A stretch of DNA of 64,000 nt from Nitrososphaeria archaeon (GCA_029775925.1 JARVKB010000008.1:3394-67393), one strand, 5' to 3'. Positions 18,033 through 27,472 are shown, numbered from the stretch's first letter. The notes: generated by a model not told the origin, from the letters alone. Numbers and translations: made by a program.

Positions 18033-20078
18033 TTATAATTTCCTATAAAAACCAGGTTTAACTTCATATATCTGGCCGCTACGATTCAAAGTCTGGAGCA
18101 TTCTTTGAGCATCCTCTTGAGTGAACTTTTTGGTTTTGACTAACTCATCTACGAACACTTTACCTTCTACAGGGTTCTTCTCTGGTCCCTCTAAACTTTT
18201 GAATATATCTAAGGCTGTCTCTAACAAAGTTCTCTCGCTCAAGGGTTTACCATGGAGTACTCCAAGGTCTATCTTACCTGTCTTTACATCTACCCCTACA
18301 GTCTCTAGCATCCTTCTCATAAGAGATATTGCTCTTATAGCATCCTCTTCTGTAACCTTATCTCGGAGCATTATTCTGGCTCTAGCCGTAGCCAATCTTA
18401 TCAAAGATTCTAATTGCCTAGGTGTAACAGTTATCATAAAATCTGAACCTATCTTTCTCATTTCAAGGTAATATTCGAGTAACTTCTCTTCTGCTTCTTT
18501 AGTTAGGACAGGCTGGAATTTTTTAGCGTAAACTATGTACTTTCTAAGAAGGTTAAAATCTATAGGAGGGGTTGTAACATAGTCTCCTTTTCTATGCAAT
18601 TCTAATACATGTCTTGCTAGTTGCTCATCTTTAGCTCTATCAGGTATATCTCTTAATACGAATATTAGATCGAATCTAGTTAGTAAGGGGATTGGAAGGT
18701 TAAGATTGTCAGCAATGTTCCTATAAGGATCGTACTTGCCAAGTATTGGGTTTGAAGCAGCTAATATCGATGTTCTAGCATTTAAGGTTGCAACGATACC
18801 TCCCTTTGCGACACTTACAGTCTGTTGTTCCATCGTCTCATGTAAAGCGTTTCTATCTTCTGGCCTCATCTTATCGAATTCGTCTATCGCTGCAACACCT
18901 TGGTCTGCTAAAACTACAGCTCCAGCTTCGAGCATCATCATGCCTGTCCTCTCTCTAACAACTGCTGCTGTTAAGCCTGCTGCAGTACTGCCACGTCCGG
19001 ATGTGTATAAACCTCTAGGAGCAATTCTTGCTGCGTACTTAAGAAGCTCACTCTTAGCCGTACCAGGATCTCCTACCAATAATACATTAATGTCCCCTCT
19101 TATAGTTGTACCATCAGGCATGATTCGTTGAGGGGAACCTGTAACAAGGAGAAGTATGGCCTCTTTCTGGGTTTCATAACCATGAATCGCAGGAGCTACC
19201 GATTCTATGAGTCTTTCATAAGCTCCTGGCTGAGAAGTTATACTACGAATTAGCTCTTCATCCTCTTTTGTTATTTGTATGAGCTCGGGCTCTTTCCCTA
19301 ACACTTCTATATAATTTCCTTCCATTTTGGATCGGAATAATCTGAGCTTTCCTGCAGCCTGAGAATATTCTGCTTCCGCTCTTACTATGCCTGTAAGTAT
19401 TACTCTATCGCCAGGTCTCGCTGTATTCACAATATCCCCTTGTAAGCTAACATCAAAGGCTTGAGGAAGCTGTCCTGGAGGCAACTCTTCAGGCAACTCT
19501 TGTAACCTTATTATCTGATAGTCTACGAAAACTGTATTTTTTATATCGAGTTCAAATTTATTGGATTTACAACTACCTTCAGAACATCTTGAAGGCTTTT
19601 TTAGAATAATCCCAGATTGCGGTATCTTTATCATATGCCCTTTTGTACATCTAAAGGTTGCTTCTAATGCTAAAGGTTTTAATTCCGACGCTCTAACAAC
19701 CATGCCATTAACAGAGACTAGCTTGTCAAGATGTTCTGTAGTTATCTGCCTTAAAGATAATTTATCAGTTAGATTCCTTATCCTAACTTGAATATCTTTA
19801 CGAATTCTTTCAGCATAATCAGAATTTTCAACTTTAAGAGCCTCATAAGTTGCTTTAATGAAGCTTGGTAAGACTTCGTCAGGCTCATTTCGAAGTCTAT
19901 TCGCTAAGTCCAAATTATACATGAGAAGGTCTTCAAAGTCTACTACCAAAGATTTTGAATTTAAGGAAACCATCTGTGATAATCTCATTCTGTACTTTAA
20001 TTTACCATTTTTATCCTTGAAAGTCTTAAGAAAGAATTCGAGAGATTCAGCAAGCTTTGCTGGAGTGACTACGCTCAA
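18033..20078 (-). CDS. mcm: Replicative helicase MCM
   Basis: Walker A GDPGTAKS, Walker B IDEFDKM, arginine-finger SRFDL-type block (TRFDLIF), a zinc motif in the N-terminal domain and a C-terminal winged helix. Confidence 0.95.
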   Translation of the reverse strand: MSVVTPAKLAESLEFFLKTFKDKNGKLKYRMRLSQMVSLNSKSLVVDFEDLLMYNLDLANRLRNEPDEVLPSFIKATYEALKVENSDYAERIRKDIQVRIRNLTDKLSLRQITTEHLDKLVSVNGMVVRASELKPLALEATFRCTKGHMIKIPQSGIILKKPSRCSEGSCKSNKFELDIKNTVFVDYQIIRLQELPEELPPGQLPQAFDVSLQGDIVNTARPGDRVILTGIVRAEAEYSQAAGKLRLFRSKMEGNYIEVLGKEPELIQITKEDEELIRSITSQPGAYERLIESVAPAIHGYETQKEAILLLVTGSPQRIMPDGTTIRGDINVLLVGDPGTAKSELLKYAARIAPRGLYTSGRGSTAAGLTAAVVRERTGMMMLEAGAVVLADQGVAAIDEFDKMRPEDRNALHETMEQQTVSVAKGGIVATLNARTSILAASNPILGKYDPYRNIADNLNLPIPLLTRFDLIFVLRDIPDRAKDEQLARHVLELHRKGDYVTTPPIDFNLLRKYIVYAKKFQPVLTKEAEEKLLEYYLEMRKIGSDFMITVTPRQLESLIRLATARARIMLRDKVTEEDAIRAISLMRRMLETVGVDVKTGKIDLGVLHGKPLSERTLLETALDIFKSLEGPEKNPVEGKVFVDELVKTKKFTQEDAQRMLQTLNRSGQIYEVKPGFYRKL

Positions 20079-20079
20079 A

Positions 20080-20658
20080 TCATTCCACCTCTAGAATTGC
20101 TTTCTTCCAATCTTCAATTATAGAACGAATAATCTCAAAAAGAACTTTCTCTTCTTGAGTTATCTTCTTCTCCAAATCTGGAGATAAAGATGAAGATCCA
20201 ACCAAATATAATAGCTTATTCATCCTTAATGCTATTAGATCATAGGCTGAGGATGAGAATTTTTCATAGGATTCCCTTAAACTCTCATCTCTTTCCATCA
20301 TAGACCTCATTGATTTTATCTGTAACCTCATCCTATGATAAAAGTCGCTCTTTAAAGTGGAGATCTGTGAAGAGTCTTGCATTTTCTCTCTACTTAAAGC
20401 TTTAAATAGTTCCAGCTCGGCACTCTCTTCTTGGATCTCGGCAAAACCCATATGCACCATAATCTCAGCTACCCATCTTGGGACTTCTATAGTATCTCCT
20501 TTGTGAACCTCTGGCAGATTAACTGAACCTACTTCTATTCTGGGTAGATTCTGTTTTATGGTGACTTTTACAGGAATTAATAAGAAGCCTATTTCGTAAT
20601 CCTTAAGAAAACCTACAATCGATGACTCTTCATTTAACTTTAGCAAGTTAATTTTCAT
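20080..20658 (-). CDS. gins23: GINS subunit, Gins23-type (B-domain then A-domain order)
   Basis: An N-terminal beta-rich segment with EVPRWVAEIMVHMGFAEI is followed by a helical domain. The gene ends 1 nt before the mcm start, matching the gins23-mcm linkage known in Sulfolobus. Confidence 0.55.
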   Translation of the reverse strand: MKINLLKLNEESSIVGFLKDYEIGFLLIPVKVTIKQNLPRIEVGSVNLPEVHKGDTIEVPRWVAEIMVHMGFAEIQEESAELELFKALSREKMQDSSQISTLKSDFYHRMRLQIKSMRSMMERDESLRESYEKFSSSAYDLIALRMNKLLYLVGSSSLSPDLEKKITQEEKVLFEIIRSIIEDWKKAILEVE

Positions 20659-21057
20659 ACTTTATTATGATTAATGTTATAAAAATTCATCTATTAAAAT
20701 TATGGTCTCTTATAATACGACTTGGAGATAAAAATCTCTAAATCAGATTTCTACCAAGATCTATAAACGCTTGGTATTATGGACTATTATGTTATATGTA
20801 TTGTAAGGAGCTAATGTATAGCCTCCTATTCTTTAAATAATAACTATCTCATAGAAAGTGACTGTCGAATAGCCTGTATTTCGAATTATTCCTTAATCTT
20901 TTCCCTTATGTAAAGAATCTCATTAAAAGAATTGACTTTATATAGGAAGGGGGGATATCTTGGTTCATAACGGAGATATCATTAAAAAATTGAAATTAAT
21001 TAAAAGAAAACTTGATGTTATTATTTTTATTAATGTTACTTTTTTCTCTAAACCTTT

Positions 21058-21783
21058 TTAATCAATTTTCCAAATATCAGAATCTGTCAAATCTACATCA
21101 AGACAATTCATTCTTAGAAATTCTAGCAATTCTTTAGATACTTTTACTTCTTTTGGCATCCATTCATGATAACTTTTGTACTTTATAGCTATTACACCGT
21201 CAAAAGATTTATTGAACTCTCTTACACTCGTAATAACGCTCTTCTCATCTATTCCTTCTATGCCGAATAGTACATAAGTTATAAATTCTATCAAATTGCC
21301 AAATTTACTCTTCATTTCACTTCTAAGCTTTAAGATTCTTCTTAACTCTGAATCCTTTATCCCTTTATTCAAAAGATCGTTCCTTATATCATCATAAATA
21401 GATTCAAATCCTATCCTTAAGATAAGCTTTCTTGGTTTTAATGTATTGAACAGATGGCCGATGCTATCTTTACTGAGAAACTCCGGTCTACTTTCTATCT
21501 CAATTATTTTTTTATTTGTTATATTTGATAAATCATAAACCACACTCAATGGCAATTCAAAGAAAGATCCGCCGTTAAAAATAGATATTCTATCTACTGG
21601 TTTTTCTTTCATCAAACATTCTGTTTTTTTGATAATTTCTTTGTTTGTTGAAATTAGATTGTCGATATCTCTTGTAGCTTCTTCATAAAAGCAGCAAAAA
21701 GTACATCTATTCCATGAGCAAGTAAAACCCTTTAAAATTACTACTATCTTTTTTGTTTTTTCATCGTAAGTTATACCTATCAC
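21058..21783 (-). CDS. Radical SAM-like protein, candidate RaSEA-type partner of archaeosine synthase
   Basis: Cys cluster C-x4-C-x2-C (CSWNRCTFC, nt 21691-21720) follows an N-terminal beta strand, with a TIM-barrel-like alternating pattern. It overlaps the upstream ArcS-like gene by 4 nt. Confidence 0.5.
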   Translation of the reverse strand: MIGITYDEKTKKIVVILKGFTCSWNRCTFCCFYEEATRDIDNLISTNKEIIKKTECLMKEKPVDRISIFNGGSFFELPLSVVYDLSNITNKKIIEIESRPEFLSKDSIGHLFNTLKPRKLILRIGFESIYDDIRNDLLNKGIKDSELRRILKLRSEMKSKFGNLIEFITYVLFGIEGIDEKSVITSVREFNKSFDGVIAIKYKSYHEWMPKEVKVSKELLEFLRMNCLDVDLTDSDIWKID

Positions 21784-22460
21784 ATTAAAGCCTCCTTTAT
21801 TCTTTTAATCAAATTCTGAAGATTTTTTGATGTTATCAGGATTAAATCTTCCTCATGATCATAAACACCATAAGCCACTTTGTTGATTTCAGATCTATTT
21901 ATGCTAATTGGGTTTAGAGAAAAATTAGGAATATTTAAATCGAGATCATGCTCAACTCTTCTTATAGCTTTATATGAATCAGAGTTCCATCTTAAATAAC
22001 AAGCAAATTTGTCGTAATAGTCCTTAAATTTCAATATATAATTTTTAAGCCTCCTAAAAAGCACATTAATATATCTATTTTTTATATCAGAATTTTCAAA
22101 TCTAGGGTTCCAATCATAGCAACAAAATGGATAAAATTCCTCCAATTCTCTTGGGACTATGCCTGCATTCGTCAATATTATTTGATGAATTTTATAATAA
22201 TCATTCTTCAGACTCCTTAGAGATTTTATTATCATATAGTGAATGTATGATTGAGAGTAAGGTTTACCATAAGAGCAAGGTAGAAATAAGCATAGCTTGT
22301 AATGAGTCTTTGGCTTATAAATGGATAAAATTTTGCTATGTGCTTCTTCAAAGAAAGGATGAGTTAGAAATTTTTCTCCTACCCCTCGTAAGAAGGTTTT
22401 TCCATTTCCTGCCCAGATTAACTCTTTTCCATCCCAAATATTTTTACTCTTTCTTTTCAT
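21780..22460 (-). CDS. Stand-alone ArcS-like (DUF5591-type) domain protein
   Basis: LPCSYGKPYSQSYIH (nt 22239-22280) fits the PC-x3-KPY-x2-S-x2-H signature recalled for the archaeosine synthase catalytic domain. At 226 aa it has no TGT-like or PUA domains. Confidence 0.55.
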   Translation of the reverse strand: MKRKSKNIWDGKELIWAGNGKTFLRGVGEKFLTHPFFEEAHSKILSIYKPKTHYKLCLFLPCSYGKPYSQSYIHYMIIKSLRSLKNDYYKIHQIILTNAGIVPRELEEFYPFCCYDWNPRFENSDIKNRYINVLFRRLKNYILKFKDYYDKFACYLRWNSDSYKAIRRVEHDLDLNIPNFSLNPISINRSEINKVAYGVYDHEEDLILITSKNLQNLIKRIKEALM

Positions 22461-22594
22461 GATCTTTCCTTTTATGGGTTTTTAATAGCGGAATATTGGG
22501 GGAAATCCTCTTATTTTAAAATTAAGATAATTTCTAATATTTAATTTGTAAACAATATATAGCAATTTTAACTTTAAGAATAACTATATTAAAG

Positions 22595-23236
22595 ATGGGG
22601 TCGTTGACTAAAGACTATAAGCTCGTTGCCTTCGACTTAGATGGCACGCTAATAGTTCAAAAGAGTAGTTGGAATGCTATTCATGAGTATTTTGGCACTC
22701 AATCAATAGCAAAAAAGACTTTTGATATGTATTGTAGAGGGTTAATAGATTATAAAGAGTTCATGAGAAGAGATATTGAGACATGGCCAAAACCATTGCA
22801 TATATCGAAAATTTCAGAAATACTATCAAACCTTAATCTTAGAGAAGAAGCAAAAGAAGTTGTAGAGACTATTCATAAAAAAGGAATAGAAACTGCGATA
22901 ATATCTGCAGGGATAAGTTTACTTGCAAATTCAGTTGCTAAAAAGTTAGGCATCAAACATGTTTATGCTAATGAATTATGCACCGATGAGGAAGGTTTCT
23001 TGACCGGAGAAGGTATTGTGAGGGTCGATCTAATGTTCAAGCATCTTGCTTTAATAGAATTAGTAGAATCTTTGGGTCTTAGCTTAAGCGATTGTATCAC
23101 TGTTGACGATTCTATCAACAATGTCAAGTTTCTTCAAATAGCAGGTCTCGGACTTTATTTTAGCAATGAGAATATCACCTCGAATTTAGGTGTTAAAACT
23201 ATAAAGAGCTTAAGAGAAATTCTGAATTACCTTTAA
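22595..23236 (+). CDS. HAD-superfamily phosphatase (phosphoserine phosphatase-like)
   Basis: Motif I FDLDGTL, motif II ISAG, and a C-terminal DDSINN acidic motif. 213 aa. Confidence 0.7.
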   Translation: MGSLTKDYKLVAFDLDGTLIVQKSSWNAIHEYFGTQSIAKKTFDMYCRGLIDYKEFMRRDIETWPKPLHISKISEILSNLNLREEAKEVVETIHKKGIETAIISAGISLLANSVAKKLGIKHVYANELCTDEEGFLTGEGIVRVDLMFKHLALIELVESLGLSLSDCITVDDSINNVKFLQIAGLGLYFSNENITSNLGVKTIKSLREILNYL

Positions 23237-23390
23237 TATTCATCTTTTCATTAATTAACATACATGATGATATTTTAATTTTTTAGAATAAAATATAAAA
23301 AATACAGAGTTAAAACAAGATGAATAACTTTATTTAAATTTCATTAAAATATGAAAAGGTTTAAAAATAAGTAGAAGAATTACCTCGTTC

Positions 23391-23798
23391 ATGAAGCTAA
23401 ATCCTATAGGAATAATAGGTGGCATCGTTCTAATAATTTCTCCCTTCCTTCCGTGGGTCAGCGTCTTGTTCTTCAATTTAAGTCTACTAGATCTTCTTTC
23501 ATTTAGCACGTTAATCGGCGATGCTACTTACTACATTATCCTGATCATTCTAACCTTATTGGTATTGGGTGGTATTATAGCTCTTTTTAAAGGATTAATA
23601 GGAGGTATAATAGGCCTTGTTGGCGTGCTTATTTTTACTATCTTAATATTGGTTGGTGGACAAACCTTTGCTGTAACTGCTTATCTCGGTATAGGTTATT
23701 ATCTAGCATGGATAGGTGCTATCTTGAGCATAATTTCTATTGTTTGGAAAAGGCTTACGCCCGCTCCTTCCATACCTCCGCCGCCTCCGCCAACTTAA
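23391..23798 (+). CDS. Small polytopic membrane protein with a C-terminal tail APSIPPPPPPT-stop
   Basis: 135 aa, almost entirely hydrophobic (about 4 TM). Six Pro codons lie at 23775-23792. It is a paralog of the next gene. Confidence 0.7.
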   Translation: MKLNPIGIIGGIVLIISPFLPWVSVLFFNLSLLDLLSFSTLIGDATYYIILIILTLLVLGGIIALFKGLIGGIIGLVGVLIFTILILVGGQTFAVTAYLGIGYYLAWIGAILSIISIVWKRLTPAPSIPPPPPPT

Positions 23799-23907
23799 AC
23801 TTAACAATTTCATCTAATTTATTTATCCATTAGGAAAATTAGAAAGTTAAGTTAACAAAAAGCTTTATAAGTTAATGCTAAATCGTTTTCATTGGAGAGA
23901 AAAATAA

Positions 23908-24477
23908 TTGAAAATAAATTATATTGGTATTTTTGGAGGTATATTGGCATTCGTCAGCTTAGCTTTAGCATGGTGGACAATGTCCCTTTCGGTCACAGGA
24001 ATGGGAATGACTATAGGTGGCGAAGTTTCAATATACCCCTATCAAGCGAAGGCATCGATGATGGGGTTGTCGGAGGCGATCCCTATGGATATGTGGTTCG
24101 GTTGGGCAGTTTTCGCTCTTATCCTCGTAGGTGGTTTACTGGGGATAATAGGTAGTATCACAAAATATGGCGGAAAGTTGCTTATTATTGGTGGAGTACT
24201 CGCTTTTCTTTCAATAATAATCTTTGTAGTGGGTTTGCAGATGGGGTTATCGGATCTACAGAGACAACTTTTGGAATTCGGTATGTCCCCGACAGGGTTA
24301 GGTTTATTCTCTAGCGGAACTATGAATTTAGGTTATGGAGTAATTGCAAACTATTCAACTTATCTATCTTTTGGCTTTTGGTTAGCACTAATAGCAGCGG
24401 TCTTAATGTTTGTTGCTGCCTTAAGAAAGGTGGAAGTTGCCCCTTCTATACCTCCACCACCCCCTCCTCCTACCTAA
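23908..24477 (+). CDS. Small polytopic membrane protein with a C-terminal tail APSIPPPPPPPT-stop
   Basis: TTG start gives MKINYIGIFGGI, parallel to MKLNPIGIIGGI of the upstream paralog. 189 aa, about 4 TM. Seven Pro codons lie at 24451-24471. Confidence 0.7.
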   Translation: MKINYIGIFGGILAFVSLALAWWTMSLSVTGMGMTIGGEVSIYPYQAKASMMGLSEAIPMDMWFGWAVFALILVGGLLGIIGSITKYGGKLLIIGGVLAFLSIIIFVVGLQMGLSDLQRQLLEFGMSPTGLGLFSSGTMNLGYGVIANYSTYLSFGFWLALIAAVLMFVAALRKVEVAPSIPPPPPPPT

Positions 24478-24599
24478 ACTCAAATCTCTAAAAGATAATT
24501 CGAAAGCTTATCATAGATTTTTTATTAAAAAACACCATCTATCCAAAAATCCTTTTAAATGGATTATAATATAATTTACGGATGCCGTGATTTTTTATT

Positions 24600-25751
24600 A
24601 TGACAGACGAGTTGCTTATGATTCCCGGGCCCACTAACTTAGCTTATCGTGTAGCAGAAGTTATGAGTAAGCCCCAACTAGGGCACTTAGATCCAAGGTT
24701 TCTCGAGAGCTTTAAAGAAACCTTGAACTTAACTCGATATTTATTTGTAAATTATACAGGTATGCCATTTGTAATATCAGGATCTGGCACCATAGGTATG
24801 GAGGCGTCCATAGTTAGCCTCATCGAGCCTGGTGATAAAGTTCTTTGTATCGATACAGGTTACTTCGGAAAAAGATTCGTAGAGCTTGCTACAGTGCACG
24901 GTGCAAAAGTGGATGTATTGCAGTTTGAAACAGGAAAGCATGCTGATCCTAATGCTGTGGATGAGAAACTTTCAAAGGATAATTATAAAGCCATTACGAT
25001 TACACATGTAGAGACATCTAACGGTTTAATAAACCCGATAAAAGATTTAGTGAAAGTAGCAAGAAAATACGATGTTTATAGTATCATTGATTCTGTTGCT
25101 GGTGTAGGAGGATGCGAGCTAAACTTTGATCAGCTTGGAGCAGATATAGTGATAACATGCTCTCAAAAGGTCATCGCTGCCCCACCAGGGGCAACACTTT
25201 TAGCTTTATCGAAAAGAGCTTTAGATGCCTTCGAAAACAGAAAAACTCCTGTTCATTCCTATTACATGAACTTAGCGAGATGGAGAAAGTTCATGGAACA
25301 GCCTGGGGTTTATCTTGCTACTCCTTCAATACAAATTTTATTAGCTCTCCGTGAAGCACTATTAATGATAAAAGAAGAAGGTTTGGAGAAAAGGTGGAGA
25401 AGGCATAAGATTATAGCAGATGCCATAAGATCTGGTTTAGAAGCATTGAATCTTAGTATAGTTGCTGAAGAAGGCTATAGAGCGAATACTGTAACTGGTT
25501 TTTACATACCTGAAGGTAAAGCTTCCGATATTCATTCGATATTAAGGGAGCGCTACAATATACATGTGGCCCATGGCTTAGGTGAGTTAAAAGGTAAGAT
25601 CCTTAGGATAGGACACTTTGGGAATATAACACAAAAGGAAGCTTTGACTTTACTTTCAGCTCTTGAAATGTCCTTAAGAGCAGTAAATCTCAATGTAAAA
25701 AGAGGATCAGGAGTTAATGCAGCTCTACCCTATCTTGAAGAACTTACTTAA
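24600..25751 (+). CDS. Class V aminotransferase (serine-pyruvate / alanine-glyoxylate / phosphoserine aminotransferase-like)
   Basis: PGPT N-terminus, SGSGT, and the PLP-lysine context CSQKVIAAPPG. 383 aa. Confidence 0.85.
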   Translation: MTDELLMIPGPTNLAYRVAEVMSKPQLGHLDPRFLESFKETLNLTRYLFVNYTGMPFVISGSGTIGMEASIVSLIEPGDKVLCIDTGYFGKRFVELATVHGAKVDVLQFETGKHADPNAVDEKLSKDNYKAITITHVETSNGLINPIKDLVKVARKYDVYSIIDSVAGVGGCELNFDQLGADIVITCSQKVIAAPPGATLLALSKRALDAFENRKTPVHSYYMNLARWRKFMEQPGVYLATPSIQILLALREALLMIKEEGLEKRWRRHKIIADAIRSGLEALNLSIVAEEGYRANTVTGFYIPEGKASDIHSILRERYNIHVAHGLGELKGKILRIGHFGNITQKEALTLLSALEMSLRAVNLNVKRGSGVNAALPYLEELT

Positions 25752-25822
25752 CATATAATATTGGGCAATCTTTAAATCTAAAATAATTAAGTTTAAGATT
25801 TTACTAAAAAATTATATTAATT

Positions 25823-27472
25823 CTATTCTAACTCGCTTTGAAGCGTTTCTAGAATATTTAATAGACTCTCTATTGTATCGTCAACTTTCCTTTGATGAAT
25901 AGGTAAAAGCCTATCAAAAACATCAGTCTTTATTTTCTTTATATACAATTGATCATAAAGGTTAATTAACTCTCTAAAATTTCGATCATAATTGCGATTA
26001 ATTTCGTCTATATCTGATAAAGTCTTTTGAAGGGAAGGTTGTAGAGATACTATTTTTTGTTTCAATTCGTTTATCTTAGCATTAGCCTTACTTATTCTTT
26101 CTTCAAGAAGTTTTTGGACCGTTTTAAATTCAACTTTTGATATTTGGTTTAATTGCCTTTTCTTGTATAAATCAATCAACTCTCTTACTGCTGTTATCTT
26201 TCCTTCAGTTGATTCAATGTACTCTTTTATTCTAAGATTTATCTCTCTTAATTCTTTTTTGATAAATGGTTTTTCTACAGCAACAAAAGCTATTAGAACT
26301 GCTATAAATAAAAACGATGCAATAGGCATAATGTCTTTAGAGGCCCAAGCCAAGCCTAGCCTAAATTCTAAATTCTGATTACCATCTAATGGACTAGCAT
26401 TTATTTTAATTATCTCATTTTTATCATAAGCAAAAGAACCTTCTGGAAGGGTGACTTTTACAACATAATTATAGACAACACCATCTATAGGACTTCTTAA
26501 TGGAACAGAGAACTCAAATAAACTGCCTTTTTCTTTAATAAAATCTGATGATTTTACAGGATATTCCAAAGTTATTGTATATTTCTCTCCTTTCTCTAAG
26601 CTAGTCCCTAAATCTACTTGCTTTTTGTTGGCATCACTTGAAGGATTAGGAAAAGAGTTAATTAAAGGCGGGATTATAACGACACTCTTGAAGTCATTAG
26701 TTAAGATATCTGGCTTCAACTTGCTTATACTAGCATTATCATAATTTATCATAGTTATAGTGTCTCTAACTTTGATTTCTCCTAAAGAGGATAGTATTAA
26801 CTCTCTTTTAGCTTCGGTGAACTCTAAAAGGGCGAAGTAAACATTAGCTGGGTTACTTATCATGATATTGTCAGTTATAGAAAAGTCTTTAGGAACATCC
26901 AAGAAGCTTCCTGACAAAGTCCATTTATTTTTAATAACTTCTTTTGTGAAGTTCTCATGCTGGCTATCGAAGATTATGAAGTATGGCAGACTTAACGATG
27001 AATTGACTTGTTTACAAGGTAAGTTTAAAGCTGGGACAAGAGGAATCGAAGCACTGAAATCTGTTTCATTAACTCTAAAAAAAACTCTTGTAAGGTAAAA
27101 TTTTACTGAAATAGTAATATTATTGTTTGGTAGTATTTCATAACCTTTTGGATCTATAGTAATTATTGTATGATTTTCAGTTAAAGCTTTGGTTAAATCA
27201 AAACCAAGAGGACTTATTTCTTGTAAGATTATTTTCTCATAAAGTTCTTTTGGGTAATTTATACTGATGAATGGTAAAATAGCTTTACTTTCAAAATTAT
27301 TCTTGATAAAGATGGTCTCATTCACTAGAATAAAGCCATGTTCATTCACAGACATTTGATGATTAAAAAATGATATATCTTCTATTAATTGGGCTTTAGC
27401 TTGATAGGGTAAGTAGGGTAATATTAAAAGCACTAAGGTTAAAATAATCATATATTTTCTTGCTAATACCAT
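25823..27472 (-). CDS. Hypothetical bitopic membrane protein (signal peptide, ~370-aa ectodomain, TM helix, ~130-aa cytoplasmic coiled coil)
   Basis: The N-terminal hydrophobic leader ends in AKAQ. A single internal TM (IMPIASFLFIAVLIAFVAV) is followed by heptad-rich charged sequence. No recognisable catalytic motif. Confidence 0.6.
   Translation of the reverse strand: MVLARKYMIILTLVLLILPYLPYQAKAQLIEDISFFNHQMSVNEHGFILVNETIFIKNNFESKAILPFISINYPKELYEKIILQEISPLGFDLTKALTENHTIITIDPKGYEILPNNNITISVKFYLTRVFFRVNETDFSASIPLVPALNLPCKQVNSSLSLPYFIIFDSQHENFTKEVIKNKWTLSGSFLDVPKDFSITDNIMISNPANVYFALLEFTEAKRELILSSLGEIKVRDTITMINYDNASISKLKPDILTNDFKSVVIIPPLINSFPNPSSDANKKQVDLGTSLEKGEKYTITLEYPVKSSDFIKEKGSLFEFSVPLRSPIDGVVYNYVVKVTLPEGSFAYDKNEIIKINASPLDGNQNLEFRLGLAWASKDIMPIASFLFIAVLIAFVAVEKPFIKKELREINLRIKEYIESTEGKITAVRELIDLYKKRQLNQISKVEFKTVQKLLEERISKANAKINELKQKIVSLQPSLQKTLSDIDEINRNYDRNFRELINLYDQLYIKKIKTDVFDRLLPIHQRKVDDTIESLLNILETLQSELE

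Noticed and set aside
20659-21057. A 400-nt AT-rich gap upstream of gins23-mcm, considered as a replication origin.
   Set aside because: I found no repeated ORB or mini-ORB-like elements and no extended inverted repeats, and no orc1/cdc6 gene is adjacent. It is more simply a divergent-terminator/promoter spacer.
23264-23271. ATGATGA (C-box-like) motifs in intergenic regions (also near 12133 and 40478), considered as C/D box sRNAs.
   Set aside because: No matching CTGA D box or C'/D' boxes occur at the required 12-nt guide spacing downstream, and the flanks lack terminal complementarity.
23892-24155. 87-aa ORF overlapping the 5' part of the second poly-Pro-tailed membrane gene in another frame.
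   Set aside because: The TTG-initiated frame (23908..24477) reproduces the N-terminus and C-terminal tail of the upstream paralog. The alternative frame has no such support.
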